A DNA stretch of 64,000 bases, from contig CAWFQB010000001.1 in assembly GCA_963817895.1 (NCBI GenBank), forward strand, positions 1,056,001 to 1,120,000. The letters are read 5' to 3'. Numbering within the stretch: position 1 is the stretch's first letter; each line of letters opens with the position of its first letter. Position numbers and translations under genes: made by a program. Under the pieces are notes generated by a model. That model was not told the origin of the DNA, made no database searches, and saw only the letters and a program-made list of their open reading frames with translations. Below, piece by piece: positions 20,589 to 30,705 of this stretch. This stretch comes from an uncultured Chthonomonadaceae bacterium. Its GTDB lineage: Bacteria; Armatimonadota; Chthonomonadetes; Chthonomonadales; Chthonomonadaceae.

Positions 20589-22787
20589 TTATCGCGCTGC
20601 CGCTTGTGTGGACGGGGTTGGCGTCAATACCAGCGTATCCATGAAGAATTCCAGCATCCGGGTTGAGTTGATGCCGGAGTGTCCCCGATCCGGGCCGACC
20701 TGTAGATCGTAACTCTTGCCGGCCCGCTCCAGAGCGGAAACCAGTTGCAGCGTGTTGGACGGGTGGACGTTGTTGTCCGCTGTGCCGTAGTACAGCAGCA
20801 ACTTGCCCTTCAGGTTGTTCACATAGGTCATGGCGGAACCCGCGTCGTAATCCGCTTTGTTCTGCTGGGGCAGGCCCATAAACCGCTCCGTGTAGATGCT
20901 GTCGTAGTTACGCCAATCCGTCACGGCGGACGAGGCGCAGGCAGCCTGAAACACGTCCGGGTAGCGCAGCAGGCACATGATGGACGCATAGCCGCCATAC
21001 GACGTGCCGTAAATGCCTACTCGCGTTCCGTCCACATACGGGCGCTGCCGCAAAAACTTTACGCCAAGCGCCTGATCGTCAATGTCCGCCTGCCCCAGTT
21101 TGCGATAAATGGCCTCGATGTACGCTTTGCCCCGGTGCAGCGTGCCGCGTCCATCGAAAGAAGCGACTAAAAAGCCCAGCTCCGCCAACGCCTGCGGCGC
21201 GCGGAACGTCTCCGTGACCATTTCGGCTCCGGGCGTTTCCGGCCCGGCGTACACGTTTACAAGAAGCGGATACTTCTTTGTCGCGTCGAAGTTGGAGGGT
21301 TTGTACAGCAGGCCATGCACGTCGGTTGCGCTATCCGCCGCTTTGTAGGTAAAGGATTCCGGCGGGGAAAAGCCCGCCGCTTTCATCGTCGCCAGATCGC
21401 CCTGCGCCAGCGTGGAAACTACTGTGCCACCCGCGTCCAAAACCCGCGTCATAGCCGGCGTGTCATGGGATTGCGCTATGTCCACACAGAATTTGCCGTC
21501 CGGGGACACATCCACGCGGTGCGAATAGTGTGGGTCGGTCAGGCGCGTATCCCCGGTTCCATCCAGCCGAACGCGGTGCAACTGCGTTTTCAGCATGTTG
21601 TCGCCGTCCCGCGCCGTGTAATAAACGATACCGGCGGCCTCGTCCACGCGCTCGACGCGATCCGCCTCGAACTCGTTTTTGGTCAGGGTTTGCAGCAGTT
21701 TCCCGCTCAGGTCGTACAGGTAGAGATTGCGCCAGCCGTTGCGCTCGGACGCCAGAATAAACCGCTGTCCATCTTTCAGGAACGTCAGCGCGGGCAGATT
21801 GGTTGTCCAGCTCTGCGGGCGCGTTTCGCGGACGATGGTATGACACGCGCCTGTTTTGGGATCGGCAGCCGCCACTTCCATGATGTTTTGCAGGCGGTTC
21901 GTCCGGTAGAACAGCAATTGCGCGCCGTCGGGCGTCCAGCGCGGGTTGTACACGTAATGGCCGACAACCTCATTGTCAAAGGGCTTGCCGTCGCGCGTAT
22001 CCAGTCGCGTCGTCTGTTTGGTGGCGAGATCGTACACGTAAATATCTACGACCGGGTTGGGCGCGCCCGCTTTTGGGTACGGTTCCGCGTCCAACTGATC
22101 CTGTATTTGCAGATTGCGCATCGTCACATAATAATCCGGCACTTTGCTCTCGTCGAAGCGATAATAGGCCAGTTTTTTGCTGTCGGGCGACCACCACATC
22201 GCTGTATGCTGCTCCAGTTCCTCGCCATACACCCAACTGGCCGTGCCGTAAAACAGACGTTTTGGGCGGCTGCCGTCCTGCGTCACCTGAACAGGGTTTG
22301 TGTCGTCCGCGCCACTCAGCCACACATTGGCGTCTTTGTACGCGGCTTTCCACTTTCCATCCGGCGACAAATCATCGCTCAATTGTCGGCCTCGCGCCAC
22401 GCCGCCGCCACCGCGAAATCCGCCGAACGTGGGGCGCGGCGCGGCTTCGTTGGTTTCCGCGCTTTTTTGCTGCGCCACGTCGTATTTGTAAGTTTTGTCG
22501 CCCTGACGGTAAATGTAGCCGCTGCTGTCCGCTGTCCACCCACCCGTTGCCGTCCCCTTGAAAGCGTCGGCAGTGACCTCGCGCAGTTTGCGGGTCTGTT
22601 CCCGATAGCGGGCGTATCCCGGCATGTTGGGGAGCCGATCCTGCGCCTGCCCAAGTGGGGCCAAACACGCGCCCAACGCCAGCGTGAGCAGGACGTTTCG
22701 CAGGCGAGGGCGGGGCGAACAGACAGGCCGCGCGGATTGTTGCCGGGAAGCACAGGGGAGTATTCTCTGGTAAAAGGTTATAGACAT
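20589..22787 (-). CDS. S9B dipeptidyl-peptidase IV-like peptidase
   Basis: WVYGEEL, WWSPD, YPKAG, GTSYGG nucleophile elbow, DNNVH, H triad. Confidence 0.92.
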   Translation of the reverse strand: MSITFYQRILPCASRQQSARPVCSPRPRLRNVLLTLALGACLAPLGQAQDRLPNMPGYARYREQTRKLREVTADAFKGTATGGWTADSSGYIYRQGDKTYKYDVAQQKSAETNEAAPRPTFGGFRGGGGVARGRQLSDDLSPDGKWKAAYKDANVWLSGADDTNPVQVTQDGSRPKRLFYGTASWVYGEELEQHTAMWWSPDSKKLAYYRFDESKVPDYYVTMRNLQIQDQLDAEPYPKAGAPNPVVDIYVYDLATKQTTRLDTRDGKPFDNEVVGHYVYNPRWTPDGAQLLFYRTNRLQNIMEVAAADPKTGACHTIVRETRPQSWTTNLPALTFLKDGQRFILASERNGWRNLYLYDLSGKLLQTLTKNEFEADRVERVDEAAGIVYYTARDGDNMLKTQLHRVRLDGTGDTRLTDPHYSHRVDVSPDGKFCVDIAQSHDTPAMTRVLDAGGTVVSTLAQGDLATMKAAGFSPPESFTYKAADSATDVHGLLYKPSNFDATKKYPLLVNVYAGPETPGAEMVTETFRAPQALAELGFLVASFDGRGTLHRGKAYIEAIYRKLGQADIDDQALGVKFLRQRPYVDGTRVGIYGTSYGGYASIMCLLRYPDVFQAACASSAVTDWRNYDSIYTERFMGLPQQNKADYDAGSAMTYVNNLKGKLLLYYGTADNNVHPSNTLQLVSALERAGKSYDLQVGPDRGHSGINSTRMLEFFMDTLVLTPTPSTQAAAR

Positions 22788-23176
22788 GTGGGCGGACTCC
22801 TGATTCTGAAAACAGCCGCGAATACACGCGAATACACGCGAATGGGTTGAGGGCTGCCTGCAATAATTATATCAGTACAGGAAGCCGAGTTGAGTATACA
22901 TTCGACGAGGGTACGGTAGAAACCTGCCAACCTCCGAGGCGCTTTTCAGATGTAAGGCATGGCGTGTGCCGGGTATTTTCAATCCCTGACAACCCGCGTC
23001 TATGTGAGTGCCTTAAATTTGCAACCCCCATGTGTACTGGTTTGCCGTTTTTGGAAAGAAATAGATGCGCGGGAACAGGACTGCGCGGGGCGCGTATTCT
23101 GGTACAGCAGTATCGCAAACGTTTCAAGATGCGCAATGCAGAAACGCTCACCTTTCGACGACAAGAGGCAACTACC

Positions 23177-23692
23177 ATGACAAACGACAATTCTGCTTCC
23201 GGCAGAGCCACCCACACCGCGCCCACCTACACGGATTTGACTAACAACAGTTCCCCTATCAGCGACCCGACCGGGGGCGGGTTGGCAGGCGGCAGCGCGG
23301 ACAATCCGATGACGCCACAAAATTCAGGCGGCGCGAGTCCCCTTGATGGCGACAACCTCACTTCAGACCCGATGGCACAGCCGTTGCCGCCCGCGCAGGA
23401 TGCGGGACAGAACGTATCCGCTTCGCCCGACCTGCACACCGGCATCGCCACCGAACCTCTGCCCCTGACCAGCAGCACAGGCACAGGTTTCAATGCCCCG
23501 GATGCGGGAACGGGCATACCCGACAACAGCGGCAGCGCAGCGGGAGGAATGGCTACAGCCACAGCCCCGGCAGGCGGCGACGCGCCCCTTCCCGGCGTGG
23601 GCAGCATAGATCGAGACACGCTGGCCGGGGAAATGAAAGGGGCCGGTTCGCAGGCCAATGCCGAAGCCATCAGTTCCACCGGCCCAATCTAA
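23177..23692 (+). CDS. Low-complexity Gly/Pro/Ala/Thr-rich hypothetical protein
   Basis: ATG with GAGG RBS; disordered composition. Confidence 0.55.
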   Translation: MTNDNSASGRATHTAPTYTDLTNNSSPISDPTGGGLAGGSADNPMTPQNSGGASPLDGDNLTSDPMAQPLPPAQDAGQNVSASPDLHTGIATEPLPLTSSTGTGFNAPDAGTGIPDNSGSAAGGMATATAPAGGDAPLPGVGSIDRDTLAGEMKGAGSQANAEAISSTGPI

Positions 23693-23737
23693 ACCTCCGG
23701 GTTAATCATGGTAAAATAATACACGGAGGGTGAAAAC

Positions 23738-24736
23738 ATGCTGCGCTGGCTAAGTTTGTTAATTCTGAGTACGCTGTGTTTGGGAGGGGCGCAGCCACAG
23801 CATTTATTGCTGCCGGATTCCTTAAAGCAGAAAATGGCTGCAGGCGTACCGGTGCGCGTGGTAGATGTAGACCTGACGGATAAGCGGGTACAGGTAAGCG
23901 TTCAAACGGCGCGCGGAATGCCACGCGGCGCGGAGAGTTTCTCAACGTTGCTTGCGCGAACGCATCCCACGATTGCCATCAACGGCACGTATTTTTCCAC
24001 TATCGGCCTGGCTCCCATCGGGGATATTATGATTCGGGGCAAGCTGCTGTATCGGGGCGGCATGGGTACGGCGCTGGCGATCACGCCGGAAAAGCAGGCC
24101 ATCATTCAGCGCGTGGGGCAGAGTGGCAACCCCAAATGGAAAGGTTACGATACGGTACTGGCCTGTGGACCGGCGCTTGTGCTGAATGGCAAAGTGGACG
24201 TGACGCCGACCGAAGAGGGCTTCCAAGACCCGCATATTATGGGATCAACCCCGCGTATGGGCGTGGGGCTTACACCCGCCGGCCATTTGCTGCTGGCGCA
24301 AACGCTTGCGTCGGTTGACTTTCGTAAATGGGCGGAGGTCATGCTGGCGTTGGGATGCCGGGACGCCATGAATCTGGACGCGGGCGCGTCCGCAGCCCTG
24401 TACTATCGCGGCAAAACCCTGCGCTCACCGGGCCGTGACCTGACCAACATTCTGGCTGTATACGTTGACCGCCCGCTTCCTGATCTCGCGTTGCTGGCTC
24501 CCGGACCGGAAATAGCGGATGAATTTGCGGCGAACGGACGGCATAGCTCTCATGCAAGCGACAACGCGAAAGACCCCGGCAATTCCTCCAGTCCAAAGGC
24601 CGTTTCGGTGCGCCTGTGCGGAGATACCTTCCAAAAAGCGACGGATTTCTGCCCCACAACGGTGTTGCGCCGCGTTGTAAAGGGGAAACGGCTTCCCACC
24701 TGCCGACTGCACTCCTCTCCGCAAAGCGAAAGATGA
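23738..24736 (+). CDS. Phosphodiester glycosidase (NAGPA/DUF2233) family protein
   Basis: AINGTYF, GPALV, PRMGVG, AMNLDAGAS; signal peptide. Confidence 0.85.
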   Translation: MLRWLSLLILSTLCLGGAQPQHLLLPDSLKQKMAAGVPVRVVDVDLTDKRVQVSVQTARGMPRGAESFSTLLARTHPTIAINGTYFSTIGLAPIGDIMIRGKLLYRGGMGTALAITPEKQAIIQRVGQSGNPKWKGYDTVLACGPALVLNGKVDVTPTEEGFQDPHIMGSTPRMGVGLTPAGHLLLAQTLASVDFRKWAEVMLALGCRDAMNLDAGASAALYYRGKTLRSPGRDLTNILAVYVDRPLPDLALLAPGPEIADEFAANGRHSSHASDNAKDPGNSSSPKAVSVRLCGDTFQKATDFCPTTVLRRVVKGKRLPTCRLHSSPQSER

Positions 24737-24819
24737 GACATCATTTCCTGAGTTTGTCTGATAACGTCAGGCAGGACGTTATTCACGAAGATACGGAACA
24801 TTTAGCGACAGGAGATCAA

Positions 24820-25626
24820 ATGCCGCCTGAATTTACCGGCGCGTCGGTTGCTTCGGAAACCAACGCGCCTGCGCTAAACGACATGGAAGCGCAACTTGCG
24901 TTTTTTAACGCCAACAGCTACGTCGTATTGCCCGGTCTGTTGCCGCCTGATCTGGTACGAGCATTGAACGCGGCCATTGACCGCGACCGGCAGGACAACG
25001 AGTTTCTCTGGTGGTTCCGGGGCAGTCCGAACAACGCTTCCAATCTGCTGCTGACGCAGCCTGTTTTCGATTCGGTGACGCGCCTGCCGGTCGTAGTAAA
25101 TCTGCTGAATCGGCTGATGGGCGGACCCGTGTGTTTTGAGGAACTGTCCGTACAAATCTCGGAACCCGGCGCGGCCCAACCAACCGGCTGACATCGGGAT
25201 ACCCGCTACCGGCCCGAACATCCCCTGCATCTGGAATACCCGCAGGTGATCGCGTACCTGACCGATGTGGACGAGACAACGCATTGCTTCACCATCAGCC
25301 CGGAACCCGCGCATGGCCCCATTCTGGAACAGGACGCGCATTTGCAGCGCGGCGGCACAACTTATCTGCATGGCAAAGCAGGCACGGCCATTCAGTTCAA
25401 CAGCGCGACCGTGCATGGCCTGACCCGGCGCAAAACCGACAATCAGCGGCGTATCCTGCAAATGTACTATGGACACGAAGGCCACGCGGAACTCAGTCAG
25501 GTGACGATTATTCCGCCCCGCTTATGGCGCGACCATCCCGATGCGGAAACCCGCCGCTTTTTCAGCAAGCACAGCCGTTACAGCCGCCTGATGCACGAGG
25601 GCATGGGCATCGAAACTATGCAGTAG
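24820..25626 (+). pseudogene. Phytanoyl-CoA dioxygenase (PhyH) family gene with an in-frame TGA
   Basis: Two in-frame ORFs separated by TGA at 25189-25191 at the W of the G-W-H-R-D motif; distal His in TVHG. Confidence 0.75.
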
Positions 25627-25648
25627 CGTTGAACAGAAGGGAATACAC

Positions 25649-26953
25649 ATGTCATACTCACGTCACCTCAATTCTGCGCGACCAACTTTTTATGGGTACT
25701 GGCTGGCTGCGTTGCTGTTCCTGACGCTTACCGTGAATGCCTCGGCGCAGATTACGGTTATACGGGCGGGGCGGTTGATAGACCCGGCCACCGGCGCCAT
25801 CCGACAGAATCAGGTACTGGTGATCGAAAAGGACAAAATCAAGGCCGTTGGTCCCGACGCGGCGATTCCTCCCGGCGCGACGGTGATTGATCTTTCCCGC
25901 GAAACCGTACTGCCTGGTCTCTTCGACTGCCATACGCACCTGTGCCTGAATATGACGCTGCCACAAGGCCCCACTGACCGCGAGTTTTACGAAGCCCTGC
26001 TGCTGACTATCACCACCAACTCAACGGCTTATCGCGCCTTGCAGGGAGCCGCCAATGCCCGCGCGATGCTGAATGTGGGCTTTACAACCGTGCGGGACGT
26101 GGGCAACTCAGGCCGATATGGCGACACAGATTTGCGCCGCGCTATTGAGGAGGGACTGCTGGTTGGTCCCACTATCGTCAACGCGGGCCGGATCATCGCG
26201 CCCTTCGGCGGGCAGATTTCACTCGTGTTCACGCCGGAACATCACGACCGCAATAACCCCGAGTACTTTTATGCCGATACGCGCGATGAACTTAAAAAGG
26301 CGGTGCGGGAAAACATTCTTTACGGCGCGAAGGTAATCAAATTGGTCGTGGATGACCAGCCCTATATCTACAGTGTCGAAGACATCCGCTCGGTTGTGGA
26401 GGAAGCGTCAAAAGCCGGGCTGAAGGTGGCGGCGCACGGCTTCACGCGAGCGGGAGCGCTGAATGCGATTCAGGCCGGCGTTGCTTCATTGGAACACGGC
26501 TATGACCTGACCGATGACGACCTGCGCCTGGCAAAACAGAAGGGAGTGACACTCGTGGGAACGGACCGGTCTGAACTCGTCTACCATTATCTACAGGTTC
26601 CCCTGGACAGTCAGGCAAAGCGAATTGACCGTTTGAAACGCGCCTGGCGGCTTGGCGTTCCGATGGCCTTCGGCACCGATGTGTACTTCGAGGTTCCCGG
26701 CCATACGCGCGGAACTGCGGCACTAACCAGTCTGGAGTGTTTTGTCAAGGCAGGCATCCCCGCTCCCGGAATACTGCGCCTGATGACAACGGATGCGGCG
26801 CGGCTGTTAGGCGTCGAGGGTGAGCGGGGCGCAGTCAGTCCGGGCATGTATGCGGACCTGATTGCCGTGTCGGGCAACCCACTCGAAGACATTCAGACCC
26901 TGAAGCGCGTAGATTTCGTGATGAAAAACGGCGTGGTTGTTCGCCAGCCCTAA
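25649..26953 (+). CDS. Metal-dependent amidohydrolase (Xaa-Pro dipeptidase-like)
   Basis: PGLFDCHTH, GFTTVRDVG, VAAHG, SLEHG, FGTD, ADLIAV. Confidence 0.9.
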   Translation: MSYSRHLNSARPTFYGYWLAALLFLTLTVNASAQITVIRAGRLIDPATGAIRQNQVLVIEKDKIKAVGPDAAIPPGATVIDLSRETVLPGLFDCHTHLCLNMTLPQGPTDREFYEALLLTITTNSTAYRALQGAANARAMLNVGFTTVRDVGNSGRYGDTDLRRAIEEGLLVGPTIVNAGRIIAPFGGQISLVFTPEHHDRNNPEYFYADTRDELKKAVRENILYGAKVIKLVVDDQPYIYSVEDIRSVVEEASKAGLKVAAHGFTRAGALNAIQAGVASLEHGYDLTDDDLRLAKQKGVTLVGTDRSELVYHYLQVPLDSQAKRIDRLKRAWRLGVPMAFGTDVYFEVPGHTRGTAALTSLECFVKAGIPAPGILRLMTTDAARLLGVEGERGAVSPGMYADLIAVSGNPLEDIQTLKRVDFVMKNGVVVRQP

Positions 26954-27212
26954 CCTGCACGGCACGGACATAAGCGCCATTTCCAAACTCATTGAATACA
27001 AGCATGTCATGCATCCTCTCCCGAGTAACAGGACGGATAATGCGCACAAGCGCTTCGTCACGCGCCACCCACTCCACTTCCAGGCTTTCGGGAATGATGC
27101 GCGGTTCACCTTCGATCCACTCACACAAAAAATCGAACATGACGATATGCGACTTTGTATTGGAATATACGCCGCCCAATTTGCCTGCATCAGTAACTGC
27201 TTCACTTGACTC
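26950..27212 (-). pseudogene. C-terminal remnant of a NUDIX hydrolase
   Basis: GKLGGVYSN..HIVMFDFLCEWIEGE....ESLEVEWV resembles the NUDIX C-terminal half; Nudix box absent and upstream frame closed. Confidence 0.55.
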
Positions 27213-27248
27213 TCACAAAGCGTGAACTGATTCTTCCCAACTTAGCCG

Positions 27249-27277
27249 TTGACGAAATGGCGTACAAGGCGTATAAT
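27249..27277 (+). promoter_or_regulatory. sigma70 promoter of the leuS leader
   Basis: TTGACG-17 nt-TATAAT. Confidence 0.75.
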
Positions 27278-27353
27278 GAACACATCTTTAACCAATCGCG
27301 ACTTTTGCCGCTCTCACCCAGTCTTGCAGGGTATGTGCGCCATCGCAAATGCA

Positions 27354-27518
27354 ATGTCTGATTTGACACACAATCGTCTTTTTTTCGCCCCTGCGCGGCT
27401 TGCCACCCTCCGCCTTCAGAGCCTTGCCTTTTTGCATGTCTCTTTCTGAGCGGTTGGCCGACACTTTTCCGATGGATGCGCCCCGGCGACCGCAACGCGG
27501 TTGACCGGGTTTTATTTT
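27354..27518 (+). promoter_or_regulatory. Leu-rich leader peptide plus terminator/antiterminator (attenuator) of leuS
   Basis: 31-aa uORF with 7 Leu (27354-27449); GCGGTTGGCCG (27450-27460) competes with the 3' arm of terminator CCCGGCGACCGC-AAC-GCGGTTGACCGGG-TTTTATTTT. Confidence 0.65.
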
Positions 27519-27553
27519 GGTGGATGCCAGCCACCAACCACCAGAGGCTCATT

Positions 27554-30403
27554 ATGACTACCACTGCCAGTATCAACGAGGTTCCGGGTTCCATTGACGG
27601 CGCGAACAACGAGCCGAATGAAAACCGCTATGACTTTCGCGCCATTGAAAGCAAATGGCAGGCGCGTTGGGAAGATTCGGGATTATTCCGGGTCGAGAAT
27701 TCCAGCGACAGGCCCAAGTTCTACGGATTGGACTTTTTCCCCTATCCCTCCGGCGCGGGCATCAGCGTGGGACACTGCCGCAACTACGTGCCACTCGACG
27801 CCGTGAGCCGCCTGAAGAACATGCAGGGCTTCAACGTCCTGCACCCGATGGGATGGGATGCCTTCGGGCAGCCAGCGGAAAACGAGGCCATCAAGCAGGG
27901 CCGAAATCCCAAAGATATGGTTCCCGAATACGCCGCCAACTACAAGCGGCAACTGAAACTGGTCGGCATCTCCTATGATTGGTCCCGCGAAATCAACAGC
28001 AGCGCCCCCGACTACTATAAATGGACGCAATGGATTTTCCTGCTGCTGTACAAGCGTGGGCTGGCGTACCGCTCCAGCGCGGGCGTCAACTGGTGTCCCA
28101 AAGACAAGACCGTTCTGGCGAATGAGGAAGTCGTCAACGGACGCTGCTGGCGCTGTCAAACGCTGGTGGAAAAACGCTATATTCCCCAATGGTTCTTCAA
28201 AATTACCGACTACGCCGAGCGCCTGCTGTCCGGTCTGGAAGTAGTAGACTGGCCCGACGGCATCCGCAACATGCAGCGCGAATGGATTGGCAGAAGCGAA
28301 GGCGCGGAAGTTACGTTCGACGTGATAGTGATAGAAGAAAGGAAAAAGAAGAAAGGAGAGAGCCAGAGCAATGAGGCTTTTCCCTATTCCTTTCCTCCTT
28401 TTTCCTCTATCAAAGTGTTTACTACCCGTCCCGACACCCTCTGGGGCGCGACGTTTATGGTGCTGGCCCCGGAACACTCCCTGGTAGAGCAAATTACCAC
28501 GCCGGAGCAGGCTGAGGCTGTGCGCGAATACAAAGAAAAGGCGCAGCGGTCAAGCGAGATCGAGCGGCAAAGTCTGGAACGTACCAAAACCGGCGTGTTC
28601 ACGGGCGCGTATGCCGAAAACCCGGTTACAGGCGAACCCATTCCGATCTGGATCGCCGATTATGTCTTGATGGGCTACGGCACGGGCGCGATTATGGCGG
28701 TTCCCGCGCACGATCAGCGCGACTTCGAGTTCGCCCGCAAGTACGACATTCCGGTTGTGCTGGTCTATAAAACGGACGCGGCGCAAACGGCGGACGCGAT
28801 GACGGAAGCCGCGCCTGCGGGCGGCGTAATGGCGAATTTTACGCCCTCTCCCAACGCCCGCGCCGGAACCGAGTTCCCCTTTGCCGGCCTGCCGAATAAC
28901 AAAGAGACTGTCGGCGCAATCATTCCCTGGCTGGAAGAGCGCAATGTCGGCAAGGGCGTTATCAACTACCGCCTGCGCGACTGGCTGATTTCCCGGCAAC
29001 GATACTGGGGCGCGCCCATTCCGATTATTCATTGTCCAACGTGTGGCACGGTTCCCGTGCCGGAAGATCAGTTGCCCGTCGTATTGCCGGACGTGGAAAA
29101 GTATCAGCCGACGGGAACGGGCGAGTCTCCCTTAGCGGGCATACCGGAATTCGTGAATACTGCCTGCCCCACATGCGGCGGACCTGCCAAACGCGAAACC
29201 GACACAATGGGCGGCACGGCAGACTCTTCATGGTACTTTTTGCGCTTCGCCGACCCGAACAACGCGATGGAAGCGTTCGACCCGGAAATCGTGAAATACT
29301 GGCTGCCCGTTGACCTGTACGTGGGCGGCGCGGAACATGCCGTCTCGCACCTGCTGTACTCGCGCTTCTGGACAAAAGTTATCCACGACGCGGGGTACAT
29401 CAACTTCGATGAGCCGTTTTTGCGCCTGAAAAATCAGGGCATGGTGCTGGCGTACACGCCCGGACGCGAAATCAAGAAAGACGCGGATGTGAACGCAGAC
29501 GGCGAGGAGAACGAGGGCAACGAACCCATTGAAAACTGGAAGGTGCTGCTGCCGGAAGAGCGATCCGGCGTACCCGAAAATGAGTGGGTATGGCGCTGGG
29601 TCAAGATGAGCAAAAGTATGCGCAACGTGGTCACGCCCGACGACATGGCGCAGCAGTACGGCGCGGACAGCCTGCGCTTGTTCGGTCTGTTCGTTGCGCC
29701 CTTTGAAGAGACCGTGCAATGGACGGACAAGGGCATTGAAGCGGCATCTAGGTTCGTCAATCGCGTGTGGCGGTTGTGGACGGAACTGCGCCCGCACTAT
29801 CAGGCCGATTGGCGGCAGGATTTGCCCGAATTGCTGACGGACCGTTCTAACAGCACGGACGAAGGCGACCAGAACCCAAACTGGATGGGCGAGGACGAGC
29901 GCAAACTGCGCCGCAAACTGCACCAGACTATTCGCAAAGTAGGCGACGATCTGGAAAACTTCCGTTTCAATACGGCTGTCGCCATGCTGATGGAACTGAC
30001 CAATGAATTGTCCGCGTTCCGCAACGCGCTGGCAGGCAATCAGCCATCCCCCGCGCAGACCACGCTGCTGTCGGAAATTCTGGAAACCCTGCCCCTGTTG
30101 ATGTCGCCCATCACGCCCCATTTAGCGGATGAGTGGTGGGAACGATTGGGCAAAACCGGCAGCACCTTCCGGCAATCGTGGCCGAGCGTGGATGAGGACG
30201 CCGCCAAAGAGGACGAGATTACCATTGTGGTGCAGGTCAATGGCAAATTGCGAGATCGCGTGATGGTCGCGCCCGGAACCGCAAACGAGGAGATCGAACG
30301 ACTGGCGCTGGCAAGCGAAAAAGTGCAGGCCGAGCAAACCGGCAAGCAAATCCGCAAAATCATCGTCGTGCCGGGTAAACTGGTCAACATCGTCATGGGG
30401 TAG
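27554..30403 (+). CDS. leuS: Leucine--tRNA ligase
   Basis: FPYPSG, HIGH-like SVGH, MGWDAFG, FTTRPDT, DWLISRQRYWG, KMSKS, VQVNGKLR. Confidence 0.97.
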   Translation: MTTTASINEVPGSIDGANNEPNENRYDFRAIESKWQARWEDSGLFRVENSSDRPKFYGLDFFPYPSGAGISVGHCRNYVPLDAVSRLKNMQGFNVLHPMGWDAFGQPAENEAIKQGRNPKDMVPEYAANYKRQLKLVGISYDWSREINSSAPDYYKWTQWIFLLLYKRGLAYRSSAGVNWCPKDKTVLANEEVVNGRCWRCQTLVEKRYIPQWFFKITDYAERLLSGLEVVDWPDGIRNMQREWIGRSEGAEVTFDVIVIEERKKKKGESQSNEAFPYSFPPFSSIKVFTTRPDTLWGATFMVLAPEHSLVEQITTPEQAEAVREYKEKAQRSSEIERQSLERTKTGVFTGAYAENPVTGEPIPIWIADYVLMGYGTGAIMAVPAHDQRDFEFARKYDIPVVLVYKTDAAQTADAMTEAAPAGGVMANFTPSPNARAGTEFPFAGLPNNKETVGAIIPWLEERNVGKGVINYRLRDWLISRQRYWGAPIPIIHCPTCGTVPVPEDQLPVVLPDVEKYQPTGTGESPLAGIPEFVNTACPTCGGPAKRETDTMGGTADSSWYFLRFADPNNAMEAFDPEIVKYWLPVDLYVGGAEHAVSHLLYSRFWTKVIHDAGYINFDEPFLRLKNQGMVLAYTPGREIKKDADVNADGEENEGNEPIENWKVLLPEERSGVPENEWVWRWVKMSKSMRNVVTPDDMAQQYGADSLRLFGLFVAPFEETVQWTDKGIEAASRFVNRVWRLWTELRPHYQADWRQDLPELLTDRSNSTDEGDQNPNWMGEDERKLRRKLHQTIRKVGDDLENFRFNTAVAMLMELTNELSAFRNALAGNQPSPAQTTLLSEILETLPLLMSPITPHLADEWWERLGKTGSTFRQSWPSVDEDAAKEDEITIVVQVNGKLRDRVMVAPGTANEEIERLALASEKVQAEQTGKQIRKIIVVPGKLVNIVMG

Positions 30404-30465
30404 GGCAGGCAGCAAACATCCGCCTGTTCCTGCCGCCCTCTTGCATCTGTTTCGATCCGACATTT

Positions 30466-30552
30466 CTATTCCGGCACGTTGGAACTATTCTGTTCGCGCA
30501 GGCGGTCCGCCAGTCGGGTGTAGCGCCGGGTGGTTTTGTCGTTTTTGACGGC
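30466..30552 (-). pseudogene. Displaced duplicate 3' end of recD2
   Basis: Encodes AVKNDKTTRRYTRLADRL-REQNSSNVPE*; 30500-30552 matches 34578-34630 at 47/53 nt with only synonymous differences. Confidence 0.85.
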
Positions 30553-30589
30553 TACTCCAAGCCATTTTTCAAAATGGGTGAGATTTGCG

Positions 30590-30618
30590 TTGACAAGAGT
30601 CGGGTTCTGTGCTAAACT
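30590..30618 (+). promoter_or_regulatory. sigma70 promoter of the methyltransferase cassette
   Basis: TTGACA-17 nt-TAAACT. Confidence 0.65.
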
Positions 30619-30705
30619 CTACCCAACTTAAATACTTGCACCTTGAGGAAAAGGCGAAAAGAGAGGCGGAAGCAACTTCTGCGTCTCTTTCGTTGCGATT
30701 CAATC

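Noticed and set aside
21315..22850. 511-aa plus-strand ORF and similar long antisense ORFs (7842-9014, 60060-61079)
   Set aside because: Shadow frames opposite well-supported high-GC genes, with no motifs of their own
25189..25191. Alternative genetic code or selenocysteine at the in-frame TGA
   Set aside because: TGA is a normal stop for many genes here (lon, GNAT, integrase) and the position corresponds to Trp, not Cys
27284..27553. T-box riboswitch upstream of leuS
   Set aside because: No GGTGGNACCGCG T-box consensus ahead of the terminator; a leader-peptide model fits better
27760..27780. LeuRS inactivation because HIGH reads SVGH
   Set aside because: All other catalytic motifs are intact and the ORF is full length; best treated as a lineage variant
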